From: Octopus sinensis
Lineage: Eukaryota
Length of the DNA stretch: 64,000 bases
Assembly: GCF_006345805.1 (NCBI RefSeq)
Contig: NC_043004.1
Location: forward strand, 100,192,001 to 100,256,000
Reading direction: 5' to 3'
Both the position numbers and the translations under genes were made by a program. Below, piece after piece: positions 27,337 through 40,120 of the stretch. How positions within the stretch are numbered: position 1 is the first letter of the stretch; the number at the start of each line of letters is the position of its first letter. The notes below the pieces were generated by a model that saw only the letters and a list, made by a program, of their open reading frames with translations, did not search any database and had not been told where the DNA came from.

Positions 27337-27625
27337 TTAAAAGTTGTAGTGGAAGGTTGTTGTGAGAGTTGTAGCCATGATAATAGAGCTAGTGTTCCTG
27401 ACGATTTCATGATGATGATGATGATGATGATGATGGTCATGATGGTCATGATCATCGTTATCATTACCGTCATCATCATCATCGTCGACATGATCGTCGT
27501 CATCATCATCATCATCATTATCATCATCTTCATAATCATCATCATCACCATCATCATGATCACGAGGGCAAGGTCGAGGACGACGGTGACGACGGTGGTG
27601 AAGATGGCGACGACGACCACGACGG

Positions 27626-27659
<34 letters not shown>

Positions 27660-27691
27660 AATGATGATGATGATGATGATGATGATGATGG

Positions 27692-27732
<41 letters not shown>

Positions 27733-28065
27733 TTGAGGATGTTGAGGATGATGATAATGATGATGATGAGGAGGAGGAGGAGGAGGAGGAGGAGGAAGTG
27801 GATATTTCCGTTCTACCGTTCTTTCATTTCCGTCCGAATCCTGTTCATGTAGTGTCGGACTATCATGTGAGATCCACGCGTATTCTGTCCCAACGAAAAC
27901 CAGTCTTAAAAAGCACTGTTTTGATACTGCTGTTGTTGTTGTAAATTGTTGTTGTAGTTGATCTTTAAAACTAGTGAAGCTAATTAAACAAACATACGAT
28001 AGGTTGATAAGTAATAGAATTTTAGCAGCTATTTCTTGCAGTCGAGTAGAGAATTTTTCGTTTGA
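27337..28065 (-). other. Stop-free low-complexity frame (poly-P, poly-H, R-rich, poly-D) over trinucleotide repeats; possible host exon
   Basis: Manual translation gives ...DSDGNERTVERKYPLPPPPPPPPPHHHH...HHRRGRRRHLHHRRHRRPRPCPRDHDDGDDDDYEDDD...HHHEIVRNTSSIIMATTLTTTFHYNF*. No recognisable domain and no upstream ATG in frame. Confidence 0.25.
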
Positions 28066-28516
28066 TCATCTTGGTGGAATGTTGGATGTGGTCGTAAAAA
28101 ATGGTCGGATGAACATTTATCGCTGGACTACATGGTGCCGATGAAACAGAGAACGATGGATATAGAAATAGACAAATGAAGGACTGAAAATGGGGAATAA
28201 CTATTGGCAATCATATGCACATTCGCAGGGTCGTCTTTGCCAGTCCATTTGTTTCTTATTGGCAAAATAACCCTCACAATATGCAACGACAGGGACAAAA
28301 CACAGACTACGCATACCTAGATCTGTATCTCTCTATATATCTACCTCTCTATCGGTTTATCAATTATCACATATTCTCTTTCTTTCACTCTATATGTATG
28401 GCTTTTGATATGTGGATGTCTCTTGAGAAAGAGAGAGAGAGAGATGCAAATCGCATTGTTTTAGCTTTCCAATGGAACCACTCCGCAGGCTAGATGATCG
28501 GGATAATATGTATGTG

Positions 28517-28576
<60 letters not shown>

Positions 28577-28578
28577 TA

Positions 28579-28606
<28 letters not shown>

Positions 28607-28612
<6 letters not shown>

Positions 28613-28900
28613 AAATCAAGTTGTGTGTCTGTCTCCTACGATTTAGATTCCTAACTACTCCCACATTTTGCGGTGCAGTGTAACCAAAAGCTGGCATCTT
28701 ATAGTCGTGATTCATATCGAGCCCTTCTGGGTATTAGCGCGCGTCTACGATGAGTCTACGACTTACAAAAAAGGATTTACCATAATTTTTCCCCATTTTT
28801 AATGCATTTTTTTGCTATTATATAAGGGAAGTAACTCTCTAAAAATGCTTATATAGTTATTTCCCTTACAAATCCGAGCAACGCCGGGCGATACTGCTAG
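28607..28900 (+). mobile_element. Non-autonomous Helitron in (TA)n
   Basis: 3' hairpin TCCGAGCAACGCCGGG about 8 nt before the terminal CTAG (ends 28900), followed by T. 5' part TATATAAAATCAAGTTGTGTGTCTGTC. No TIR or TSD. Confidence 0.75.
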
Positions 28901-28907
28901 TATATAT

Positions 28908-29098
28908 ATAATTAAAAGTTTCAAAGATTTAAATTGGAGAAGTGATGGGAATTGTTCGGCTATTTTAGAATTGGTACAGCATAAAAATAGATATCAAATA
29001 CACTTGACTCATCATTATATGTATATGTTGAAAACAAAATCTGCTGCTTATGTGTATAAACAATATTTATACATTTTTATACAATATTTATGTGTGTG

Positions 29099-29170
<72 letters not shown>

Positions 29171-29496
29171 GTAAAGAGTGAAAAAACTACAGAAGGCTTG
29201 TTTTATAAGGTTAAAGGATATATTTGAGTCATTATGTTAGAAGAATGTTATAAATTTTTTTCATACAGTAACGTAGTTTTTGAAGAAATTTACTTATATA
29301 TATATGTATATGTATATGTATATATATATGTATGTATATGTGTATATATGTATATGTTTATATATATATATATATAAACATATACATATAATGATGAGTC
29401 AAGTGTATTTGATATCAATTTTTATACTGTACCAGTTCTAAAAAAGCCGAACAATTCCCATCACTTCTCCAATCTAAATTTTTAAAACTTTTAATT
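28908..29496. mobile_element. Inverted-repeat cassette (~115-bp arms) around (TA)n
   Basis: AATTAAAAGTTT...GGAGAAGTGATGGGAATTGTTCGGCT...ATATCAAATACACTTGACTCATCATTATATGTATATGTT is inverted at about 29377-29496. Confidence 0.75.
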
Positions 29497-30024
29497 ATTT
29501 ACGTATGTCTTGTTACACATTACATTAAAAATCAACTAGATCCGGGAATTCTATCACCTGTACACATAAATATCTTAGTAAATCCAAAGATATTTTCCGG
29601 TTAGCTACGTAGTTTTCTGAGACCTAACATTGTACAATTATAGTTTGATTTTTAATCAATGCAGACTAATTTTAAATGCATGGGACGTTCTATATTTATC
29701 AAATTGTTTTTCAACATGACTAGTAAATAATACAATATATTGCCGTCGGTGATAACGGTACCTATTCAAAATAACTTCTTTGGTAATTAAAGCCGTTAGT
29801 TACAAATTCTAATTAATCTGTAAGCATATGAAGGTAAAAAACAAAATCAGCATGGTTACCTTATACGAACTTGACGTAAATATATAATTAATTTTTAAAT
29901 AATGGAACTACATTTAAAAAATATAGTTGTATAACGGGGTCATGAAAATTATCGATAATCTCAACTCACACACTCATATATATCTTTGTTTTGGTTTTCT
30001 TTTACGCTTGGTACATATTTTATC

Positions 30025-30340
30025 GTGGAGGCGCAATGGCCTAGTGGTTAGGGCAGCAGACTCGCTGTCGGAGGATCGCGGTTTCGATTCCCAGACTGGG
30101 TGTTGTGTACGTTTATTGAGCGAAAACATCTAAAGCTCCACGAGACTCCGCCAAGGAGTGGTGGTGACCCCTGTTGTACTCTTTCGCCACAACTTACTCT
30201 CACTCTATTTTCCTGTTTCTTGAGTAACACTGCGATGGACTGGCGTCACGTCCAGCTGGGGGGAGCACATACGCCACAAAAACCGGGAAACCGTGCCCAT
30301 GAGCCTGGCTAGGCTTGAAAAGGGCGACGTTTATTTTTTA
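30025..30340 (+). mobile_element. SINE family C (tRNA-derived head, tail type 2)
   Basis: TGGAGGCGCAATGGCCTAGTGGTTAGGGCAGCAGACTCG...GGTTTCGATTCCC head, then a GCGATGGACTGGCGTC.CGTCCAG segment and a T-rich end. Confidence 0.8.
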
Positions 30341-31883
30341 TTGTTACACATTCTATTGGTTTCTTTTACCCAACTGTTAAGTTACGGAAACGAATATAAG
30401 CGAACAGCGGTTGTCAAGCGGTAGTAGGTGACAAACACTGACACAACGATGCGCGCACACACTTACATACACGCATGCACACATACACACACACAAGCAC
30501 AAACGAGCACACATAGTTCCCATAAGAGATGTTTCATGTCTACCGTAACGAATCCGCCTTATACACATGAGAAGATGAATATTTGTCTCTCAGTTACTTA
30601 TCCCCTACCCTTTTTGTTTCCCAAAGCACAGAGGGGTTTTACATTGAGCTTCTCCCTTAACTTACTCATTAACCAATTGCTGGTACCCTAGTTGGTAGTA
30701 CTATTCCGGATCAGAGTAAACTTGGGAACGATTGGGCTAAGGGATGGTTCCCCATTCCACAATACCCTAGAATTACCGAAATAGAATCCCAGTACAGGAG
30801 ATACATGTATTCATTCGCATGTGGGTCCACATTGTATTAGCACTCTTTAAAATATTTATTTGCAGACCCAGCATTCAAAAACATTAGTTATTAAGATATC
30901 AAAGCATTTTTGTTTTTTCTCGTTGAGTTAAGTTAGTGCTAGAAATTTTGTGTGGTCTGTTCTAGGAGTCAGCTGAGCTGGCTTTGCCTCATACAGGCAG
31001 CAAGCCGACCGCCCATAAGTCAAAGCAAATGCAACAGGGTCACTGCAGAAAACGGTAAAGCAACGTTTTCGATTTTAAAAAATACATACATCTATATATA
31101 TTTCATTGTATAATAATGATAAGAATGTTAATCATTTCTACTAAAGGCACAAGGCCTGAAATTTGTGGGGAGGAAATGTTTCGATCACATCGACCCCAGT
31201 GCTCAACTGGTTTTTATTTGATGGATCCCGAAAGAATGAAATGCATAGTCGACTCCGGGCGATATTTGAAATGTGAAAGTAAAGACGAATGATCAGAAAA
31301 AGAAATGAAAATTATTTGAGAATGATCCCTAGCTTACCATCATGCAAGAAGTGGTAAAAGGCTGTTGTAACTGGTACGTCACATGTATTCAGAAGAGCAT
31401 TGTCGCTGTGAGAACGATTACGACGCATGAAATTTTTTCTTATATTTTCTTTTAACGTCATTGGGTAAATGAACAATATGGCGTATTTATTTCAATAATC
31501 TATCAATGTAAGCTTGTTTGCACTAGGCGTCGGGAAAACGGCTTAGAAATGGAAACAAAATTGATAATAGAAAAACTGATAATGACAATTATAATTCATG
31601 AGGCATCATCTATATACAATCAGTGAAACCGATTGTACAAGCAAATTCCTTAAACTGTATTCTTAGGAAGACAGATTAGGATTAAATGTTGCTCAGCTAT
31701 ATGAAATAAAATGTATGATTCAAATATGAAGATGAAATAAATTAGATTCAAAAATATACATAAGCGGATAAATAATAATGTGTATTTCTGACACTGGCTC
31801 CGTGTCACTTCCTTTCTGATATTGAAACTAGTATTTAAATGGAATATCAAATTTAACGAAATATGTACATCACCGTTTGAATT

Positions 31884-31922
<39 letters not shown>

Positions 31923-33079
31923 TGTATGTATACATATGTGTGTGTGTATACACATTCATATATGTGCTTGTGTGTACGTACAACATGCATATGCTTATGT
32001 ATATATGTATAAACATATATATCAATTAAAGATAGATAGATATATATGTCTGTATATATAAAATCATAAATTTAGAAATATTTACACACATATATATATG
32101 TATATATAAATACGTATAGTGTATGTATGCGTGTACGTAATTATGCATGTTTATCTCGCAGTTGTGTGGCATATTAATACATAAATTGAAAACTTTTTAA
32201 TTTCCGTTACTCAGCTTCCTTTTGTCTCAGTTTTACGCCATTCATTTAACCAATATTTCATGGTGAATTGGTAAGTTGTGACCATATTGCATGTGTATGT
32301 ATGTGTGTATGTGTTTGTCTGTTCCTTTGTTTGTTTGTTTGTTAGGGTGGTTCATTCAACTAAATGCGAAATGGTTTCTCCAACAATTCATATGTAAATT
32401 TAGAAATTTGTATCAACTCCTCCCTTTACTAAGAACACAAAACCAATATTAAATTGTTATAAAAATAAGAAAATACTTTAAAAATCAAACATCCTATTGA
32501 TTCGTAGATGAGGGTAATGAAAATGGCGGAAGGAAAATCAAAGATGAAAAACAAGAAAAACAAAAGATATGATGATTAAAGAGAAAAACGATGCCGAAAA
32601 TGAAATGAATAAAAAAAGATGAAGTGAAAGAAAAAAATTATAGCATCAACCAACCCTCCATATTACCGTTACGATCACCTTTATTTTTTTTAATCCATAC
32701 TTCTTTTATTAAAGGTTATTAGAAAAATATAATTTAAAATTTAAAAAATAATATATCCAATAAATATGAACATAAAATGTACAAAAGTAAATAAAAATTT
32801 TTAGTTTATTCTTTTAGCGAAAAAAAGTCATTTCCTTTTTTTCTTCTATTCATTTATTGCTAAACTGAAATCTTTATTCTGCAATTTACGCTGGAATTTT
32901 CTAAAGAAAAAAAATAAAGATTAAAAGGTGGAAATAACAGAAAAAATCTAAGGCGGTGGTATCTTGTGTATATGAGAGAAAAATGGATACAGAGTGCGAC
33001 AAAATATGTGGAAAAGGGAGAAAAACAGTTAAATGGAAAGTGGGAAAGGAAAAGAGTAGAAGAAAGAGAGTAAAGGAGG

Positions 33080-33115
<36 letters not shown>

Positions 33116-33467
33116 TGTGCTGAGATTTAAATTATCGTAAAAAGGAATTTGACTATGAACATAAGAGAGCAACGTTTGTACGTGTCTGCGTGTTGCTCTC
33201 TCTTTCTCTCCCTTTCTCTCTCTCTCCTGTCATCCATCTATCTGTCTTTATATGAATGAAATTAGATCGTAGCTTTGTGAGTGTACAAGAGAGACACTAT
33301 GTGTAATCGGAGTGTGATTTGTAGAAAAAACAGATCCTGTGTACGTCATTATAGAAAGATGTATATTGAGGTGTTTCAATTTGTGTTAGTATTAGAAAGT
33401 TAAAAGAAGCGTACGTGTGAAAGAAAATATGTACGTATTTGTATTTGCGACACTGTGAGAGGGGATA

Positions 33468-33881
33468 TACTCTTTTACTCTTTTACTCTTTTACTTGTTT
33501 CAGTCATTTGACTGCGGCCATGCTGGAGCACCGCTTTTAATTGAGCAACTCGACCCCGGGACTTATTCTTTTGTAAGCCTAGTACTTATTCTATCGGTCT
33601 CTTTTGCCGAACCGCTAAGTAACGGGGACATAAACACAACAGCATCGGTTGTCAAGCAATGCTAGGGGACAAACACAAACACACACAAACGCATATACAT
33701 ATATATATACATATATACGACGGGCTTCTTTCAGTTTCCGTCTACCAAATCCACTCACAAGGCTTTGGTCGGTCCGAAGCTATAGTAGAAGACACTTGCC
33801 CAAGGTGCCACGCAGTGGGACTGAACCCGGAACCATGTGGTTGGTAGACAAGCTACTTACCACACAGCCACTCCTGCGCCT
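33468..33881 (-). mobile_element. SINE family B, full length
   Basis: (TACTCTTT)3 tail at the left, CCACACAGCCACTCCTGCGCCT head at the right. Confidence 0.9.
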
Positions 33882-34204
33882 ATGTGCAAGATATGTGTAA
33901 GATACATGGAGAAATCATGTCTGAGTATAAGGTAAATGAGAGGGAGAGCGAGATAGTGTGAATACGTATGTGAGAGTGATTGGGAGAATGTTTCTGTATA
34001 TGTAATTTCTTTATGCGAGGGAGAATGTAGGACGTGTGGACGTGTATAATACCTGTGCGTATCTATATGTGTGCGAGTATTGTTGTGATGTCGTCTTTTA
34101 TATTCTTACCTTTGTTCTATTTAGTGAAGCCTTTATTATAATAAATGAACTGGGAATAGAAAAATCCCACTTCTTCCCTTTAGATATTTCTCTCGTTTTC
34201 TCTC

Positions 34205-34244
<40 letters not shown>

Positions 34245-34292
34245 TATCTATCTATCACACTCTGATACATATATACATACATACATACATAC

Positions 34293-34326
<34 letters not shown>

Positions 34327-34383
34327 GTGAAAAGTAAAAATTACACCACGTGTGGTCGTTTTTCCTTAAAACCTGCTTCAATG

Positions 34384-34420
<37 letters not shown>

Positions 34421-35022
34421 ATATATATATAGGTGAAAAGTAAAAATTACACCACGTGTGGTCGTTTTTCCTTAAAACCTGCTTCAATGATATATATATA
34501 TATATATATATATATGCATGTATGTATGTATGTATGTATACAGACAGATAGACACATGTATTCAGAGAGAGAGAGAGAGAGAGATAGACAGACAGACAGA
34601 CAGATAGATAGGTAGAGAGACAGGCGCATGCATGTGTTATATGTGTATGTATGTATCTGTGTATTACGTACAAAGGTCTTTTGACTATCTTACGAATAAA
34701 CATTCCATGAAAAGAAAAAAAACAAATACGGATATTATAGTAGAACTAATAGAACAAACATACAGTAAATAATTTTTTTTTAAATATAACAGCAGGAAGG
34801 AAGTATTAGTGAAGTGAGGTGTTGTGGGAGGAGGCTAAATGAAATATGAAATAATATAAATAAATAATATGAAATAATGGAAACGAAATAAAATAATAAA
34901 TAATGCATGCAGCCCCACAGGATTTACATGCTTTTATATCACTAAGCCCCAGCAGTCTACATTTTGAAAAATAAATGGAAAACAAACAAAAACATCCCGC
35001 AGAGATAAAATTTTATAAAATG

Positions 35023-35036
35023 TCTGTCTATCTATC

Positions 35037-35107
<71 letters not shown>

Positions 35108-35124
35108 TTATCTATCTATCTATA

Positions 35125-35157
<33 letters not shown>

Positions 35158-35218
35158 ATCTATCTATCTATACTATCTATCTATCTATCTATTTATCTAT
35201 CCATCCATCTATCCATCC

Positions 35219-35260
<42 letters not shown>

Positions 35261-35367
35261 CATCCATCCTCTATCTCTCTATCTATCTTCCTATCTATCT
35301 ATCCATCCATCCTCTATCTATCTCTCTATCTATCTATCTATCTATCTCTCTATCTATCCATCCATCC

Positions 35368-35441
<74 letters not shown>
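35023..35441. repeat. (TATC)n/(CATC)n microsatellite, ~420 bp
   Basis: Direct reading. Confidence 0.95.
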
Positions 35442-35442
<1 letters not shown>

Positions 35443-36115
35443 GTTAGTGTGTTTACAGCGATAGAGATGGAGGGAGAGAAATGAAAGTGACTTTGTTAGA
35501 TTTATCTATTTGCTGACTTCTTAGATTTTTTTAGGGCTCATTCACATGAGAGATGGTGAGTTTTTTCTTTTACCTTTCTTTTTCTTTTTCGTTCCATTTA
35601 TGAAATTTAGCGTTTTTGCAGGAGTCTTCAATGGGTAACAAGAGGAAACAGAAAGGAGTTTTTTTTTTTCTTTTTAAATCAAATTTTTATGCATTTTTAA
35701 CAATGCCTTTTTATTTATTTATTTTCCTGTTTGACGTTTACAGAGAAAACTCTGTTTGCCATTGTTATATTCCTGAAGTTAGTATTATGATTACGATAAT
35801 TCCTGCTGTTGTTAATAGTCGTGTTAGTTGTGCTAGTATTTTGTCCCATAATATTTTCATTTTTACGTAAATTAGAAAGACAGAGATGAAGGCTGTCACT
35901 CGTTAAATGTTCGCTGTTGGAGCGTCTTTAGTTGAAAATTATAAAACAACATATGACACGACACAGCCAAGTGGAGTTAGCTTTTTTCTTGTCAGTATCT
36001 TTCGTTCTTTCAAGTATTTTAGATTGTAAAATTGGTAAATCCTTGTCGCTTTTATTTATGTTCGAAGTTCAAAATCCTTCTGTGGTCGACTTCGCTTTTC
36101 ATCTGCCTCTACTTT

Positions 36116-36527
36116 GGGATATTTTCGGTTTGAACGGCAGTTTTTTCTAGCGGTGTCATATGAAATTGTCACCCATAATTATGACACTAGAATCGATCTA
36201 TTGCATTTCAATCTCTTTTAGGGTTAGGGTTAGGGGTGGGGATATCTTTTTTTCTTCACAAATGTAAATAAACTCAATCTGTTTCTTAAACGAGGGACAT
36301 ATTCATACGGCACAGAATGCTTTTTAACTCAATAGACGTCACTGATTGGTTGAAATTGCAGAAATTGAAGAAAAAAACAACAAATATCTTACAAACTATA
36401 GAATTTTCTCAATAAAGCCAAGAGAAAAAGGTGTTTTATAAACACATTCTACCAGTATACGAAGTTTAAAATTTTTTAGTTACCTAGAAATTATGTTAAA
36501 AACTGCCGTTCAAACCGAAAAGATCCC
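36116..36527. mobile_element. 412-bp MITE with 30-bp TIRs, 6-bp TSD and internal (TTAGGG)3
   Basis: TIRs GGGATATTTTCGGTTTGAACGGCAGTTTTT and AAAAACTGCCGTTCAAACCGAAAAGATCCC (1 mismatch). TACTTT at 36110-36115 and 36528-36533. Confidence 0.9.
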
Positions 36528-37300
36528 TACTTTATAATAGATGTTATTATTATCCTTACCACGCCGCACGAAATGTTTAGTTGCATTTCTTTCGGCTTTG
36601 CATTCTTTCGGCTATATATTCTTTACGTTCAAATTTCACCGAAGTCTACTTTGCATTTCATCCTTTCGGGGTTAACGAAATATCTACTAGTCGAGCAGTG
36701 AGTGTCGATGTAATCGATTAGCCTCGTCCCTCAAAATTTTAGTTCTTTTGCTTCCAGCAATTTATTTATCTATTTATTTTGTTTTCTCTGTTTAGTTGTT
36801 TATATATATATATATATTTATTTATTCATTAGTGCATTGGATGAATCAGCTGACTCGGTAGAATGACAAACCAAACGTTTTGTAGTGTTGGTTCTAGTCG
36901 TTTACGTTCTGAGATTAAATACAAACTCTGTCGATTTTGCATTTACCTGGGAGCGTTTTTATTGACTAATTTACTCACTGAAACTTTTGGCCGTTTGCCT
37001 GCTTTAGAAAAAAGCATCTTCTTGTGGTCGATAAAATATAATACCAATCAGTTGGGTGGATGTAAAAATTTGAAACAATTATTTCGTCCAGTTCTATATT
37101 TAAGAGATGGGGAATTATGCACATTATTTACATTATTTACATTTGACGGATATTTGTTCTCATCTTGTATATCAGCGTTTCGGCTTATATACCCTCCAGT
37201 TTACATCAGGTGTCTTGGGGAAATTTTGAGCTTGTGTTCTCAATCGTAAGGTATTTTTCGATATCATTATTATCATTAATATTATTATTATTATTATTCA

Positions 37301-37373
37301 GGGCACTGCCTGGAATCGAACTCGGAATCTTGGGGTTAGTAGCCCACACTCTTAACCACTACACCATATGCCC
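37301..37373 (-). pseudogene. tRNA-derived Pol III head (73 nt), not a functional tRNA
   Basis: GGGCATATGGTGTAGTGGTTAAGAGTGTGGGCTACTAACCCCAAGATTCCGAGTTCGATTCCAGGCAGTGCCC contains an A-box, B-box GTTCGATTCC and GGGCA/TGCCC acceptor pairing. D and T stems are poorly paired. Confidence 0.75.
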
Positions 37374-37377
37374 GCGG

Positions 37378-37428
<51 letters not shown>

Positions 37429-37496
37429 TAATAATAATAATAATAACATCGAAAAATACCTTAGGAATGAGAACCCAGGTTCGAAATTTCCCCAAG

Positions 37497-37540
37497 ACAC
37501 CTGATGAAGGTTGGAGAGTATATCAGCCGAAGCGTTGTGT
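37497..37540 (+). ncRNA. Minimal type I hammerhead motif (decayed inverted copy at 37170-37213, minus strand)
   Basis: ACAC-CTGATGA-A-GGTTG(gagagtatat)CAGCC-GAAG-CG-TT-GTGT. The inverted copy keeps GAAACG but has CTGATGT. Confidence 0.7.
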
Positions 37541-37868
37541 TAACAACAGACAAGATGCGGACAAATATCCGTCAAATGTAAATAATGTAATTATTTTGTC
37601 ATTGTCTCCATCTCGTGCATTTTTATGTCATCGTTTCGAATATTTTTGTCTCCTTGTTTTCTACATTAGTTTAGATATATTTGGAGTTTCTCCGCCGTTG
37701 TTTAATATCTTTCAGTTGACGCAGAAATGACTTTCTGGCTAAGACTTCACTTTGAAATGACGTGCTTTTGGGTGGCACCTTGAGCAACTGTCTTCCATAG
37801 TCCATATTCACGAATATCTTTCGGGAGAATTTGGTTGAAACTGTGGGAAAGCTCATCGTATATGCCTC

Positions 37869-37929
<61 letters not shown>

Positions 37930-38203
37930 TCTAATTATTATACAACATTACTCTTTTATGTACACTTTTTTATGTACATTCCTTTATGTACAGTGATTTG
38001 TTCTGCTTTTTATATTTAACCCCTATAGTTCTTATGTGGTGGTTTAATAAAGTATGTGATTGAGTATTATCTGGTAATTGATATTTGATTTAGATGTATT
38101 TCTCCATTTTCTTATCTTGTATATATATATATATATATATATTAAATATATATATATATATATATATCTGCGTGTTGTGTGTGTGCCTGGGCGTTTTTGT
38201 ATG

Positions 38204-38461
38204 CTCTTTACTCTTTTACTTGTTTCAGTCATTTGACTGCGGCCATGCTGGAGCACCGCCTTTAGTCGAGCAACACGACCCCGGGACTTATTCTTTTGTA
38301 AGCCCAGTACTTATTCTATCGGTCTCTTTTGCCGAACCGCTATGTGACGGTCGGCCCAGGGCTATAGCAGAAGACACTTGCCCAAGGTGCCATGCAGTGG
38401 GACTGAACCCGGAACCATGTGGTTGGTTAGCAAGCTACTTACCACACAGCCACTCCTGCGT
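38204..38461 (-). mobile_element. SINE family B, internally deleted
   Basis: Tail and head are present; the middle microsatellite part is missing. Confidence 0.85.
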
Positions 38462-39342
38462 ATATGTACATATGTGTATATATACATACATGTTTGTGTA
38501 ATTGGTTGTCCTGACCACCCCTTGACAACCGGCATTGGTCTGTTTGCTTCATCGTAACTTCGCAGTTCTTGAAAAGTTATCGATAGAAAATCAGTACCAG
38601 ACTTTGAAAAATAACTAACGGAGTTGACTTGTATTGCTTTGTTTTTGTTTTTACCTCCGAAATCTCTCAATGTGGTGCCTCACAATAACCACAGTTCAAT
38701 AATTGAAATAAGTAAAAGATATAAGATTCGTTAGTGCAATATCGCTGAATGGCTAAGTTCGCTTCTTAGTCATGAGGTCTTGAGGTCGATCCGACTTCGT
38801 GGTATGTTAGGCAGGGACTATTTTTTTTTTTTGTATAACTTCCTGTCACCGCATAGCTTATGAGAGAAACTGGGTACGTATATATAAGCCCACCAGATAG
38901 CTTGTATTTGTAATTCAATGTAGGTAGCCTTGTCAGACAATGAGTTAAGCTGGTTCTAAAAGAGGATTACATTACCCGTTCTCGACTTTGTACAATGCAC
39001 AGCCACTTAACGTTACTCTGGGAACAAGTAATTCATTTAATGGAGAAGCTAAATTTCTCAAACTTGAACGACGGAGATCCATCACCAATTCTCTTCCATG
39101 TTTTCTTGATTTATTTTAAGTTTGTTTTCCCTTTTTCTCATATTTGTCTTTTTTTCGTTTTTCATTAGCTTTCATTCCTTAATTTTTTCATTCATTCCTT
39201 CTTTGTCTCCTTTATTTCCTCTACATTTGGTACTTTTTTTATTCTCATTCTCAAAATATATTTTAACTTCATAACCAGTCATTCTTCAGTTTAGATTTTT
39301 TAAATTTATTTTTCTAAACTTCATTTCCTACTCATATAAATC

Positions 39343-39402
39343 TTCTTCTTCTTCTTCTTCTTCTTCTTCTTCTTCTTCTTCTTCTTCTTCTTCTCTTCTT
39401 CT

Positions 39403-39437
<35 letters not shown>

Positions 39438-39449
39438 TTCCTCTTCTTC
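39343..39449. repeat. (CTT)n microsatellite
   Basis: Direct reading. Confidence 0.95.
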
Positions 39450-40084
39450 CGTTATATTCTATTTAGTCATTAAATATTTATTCCCTTTTCATTCTAACGT
39501 TCATGATTTGTTATTTTAGAAATTAATATTTGCTCTCACTTTTTGTTGAATTTAAATATTTCCCCATAATTTCATTCTGTTATTAAATTTCTAGTCTTAT
39601 TCTATTTGAAATTCTATAATTCAATCTTTCATTCGTTACTTCTCGTTAGTTACTTTTTGCTTCCTTTTTTCAACATTTTCCCCTTCGTCCTTCTTCACAC
39701 ACTTTCCGCCTTTGTTTGTGCTTTAAACGTTAATATTTCACTCCGTCGTATTTGTAATCCTTCCTCAATTTATACTCTCATCTTTACTGTTCCCACTCTA
39801 TACTGTTATTTAATCTTTACTCGGTAGAGGCATAACAGTGTGGTTAAGAAGTTCGCTTCCCAACCGTACGTTTTCGGATATAATCCAACTACTTTGGGCA
39901 AGTGATTCCTACTCTTGCCCACCTGACCAATTCCTTGTTAGGGATTTTCGTAAACGTACTCTGACTGGAAACCCATCGTATTTACATACATATATGCATA
40001 TACATATATGTGTGTATGTGTATGTCTCTCCTTTTTTCTCTCTTTTTTTCTCTCCTTGTTTCTCTCCTTGTTTTTTCTGTGTCC

Positions 40085-40120
40085 CTTTCTGTAGAAGAGC
40101 GTAGGCTCGAAGCGTAAAAG
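40085..40120 (+). ncRNA. Minimal hammerhead-like motif in a ~190-bp pyrimidine-rich insert (about 40025-40213) nested in a family B SINE
   Basis: CTTT-CTGTAGA-A-GAGC(gtag)GCTC-GAAG-CG-TA-AAAG; two core substitutions. Confidence 0.55.

Larger units (their letters stand above)
37088..37590. mobile_element. tRNA-headed, HHR-containing element (minus strand 37373-37088) with an inverted head-less copy (plus strand about 37379-37590)
   Basis: Both arms read (AAT)n-ATCGAAAAATACCTTA-...-AATTTCCCCAAGACACCTGATG-...-GCCGAA.CG-...-ACAAATATCCGTCAAATGTAAATAATGT. Confidence 0.85.

Noticed and set aside
36218-36241. Telomere or chromosome-fusion remnant
   Set aside because: Only three TTAGGG units, lying inside a TSD-bounded MITE.
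37301-37373. Functional tRNA with anticodon ACT
   Set aside because: D and T stems are mispaired and it is embedded in a repeat; treated as a SINE-type head.
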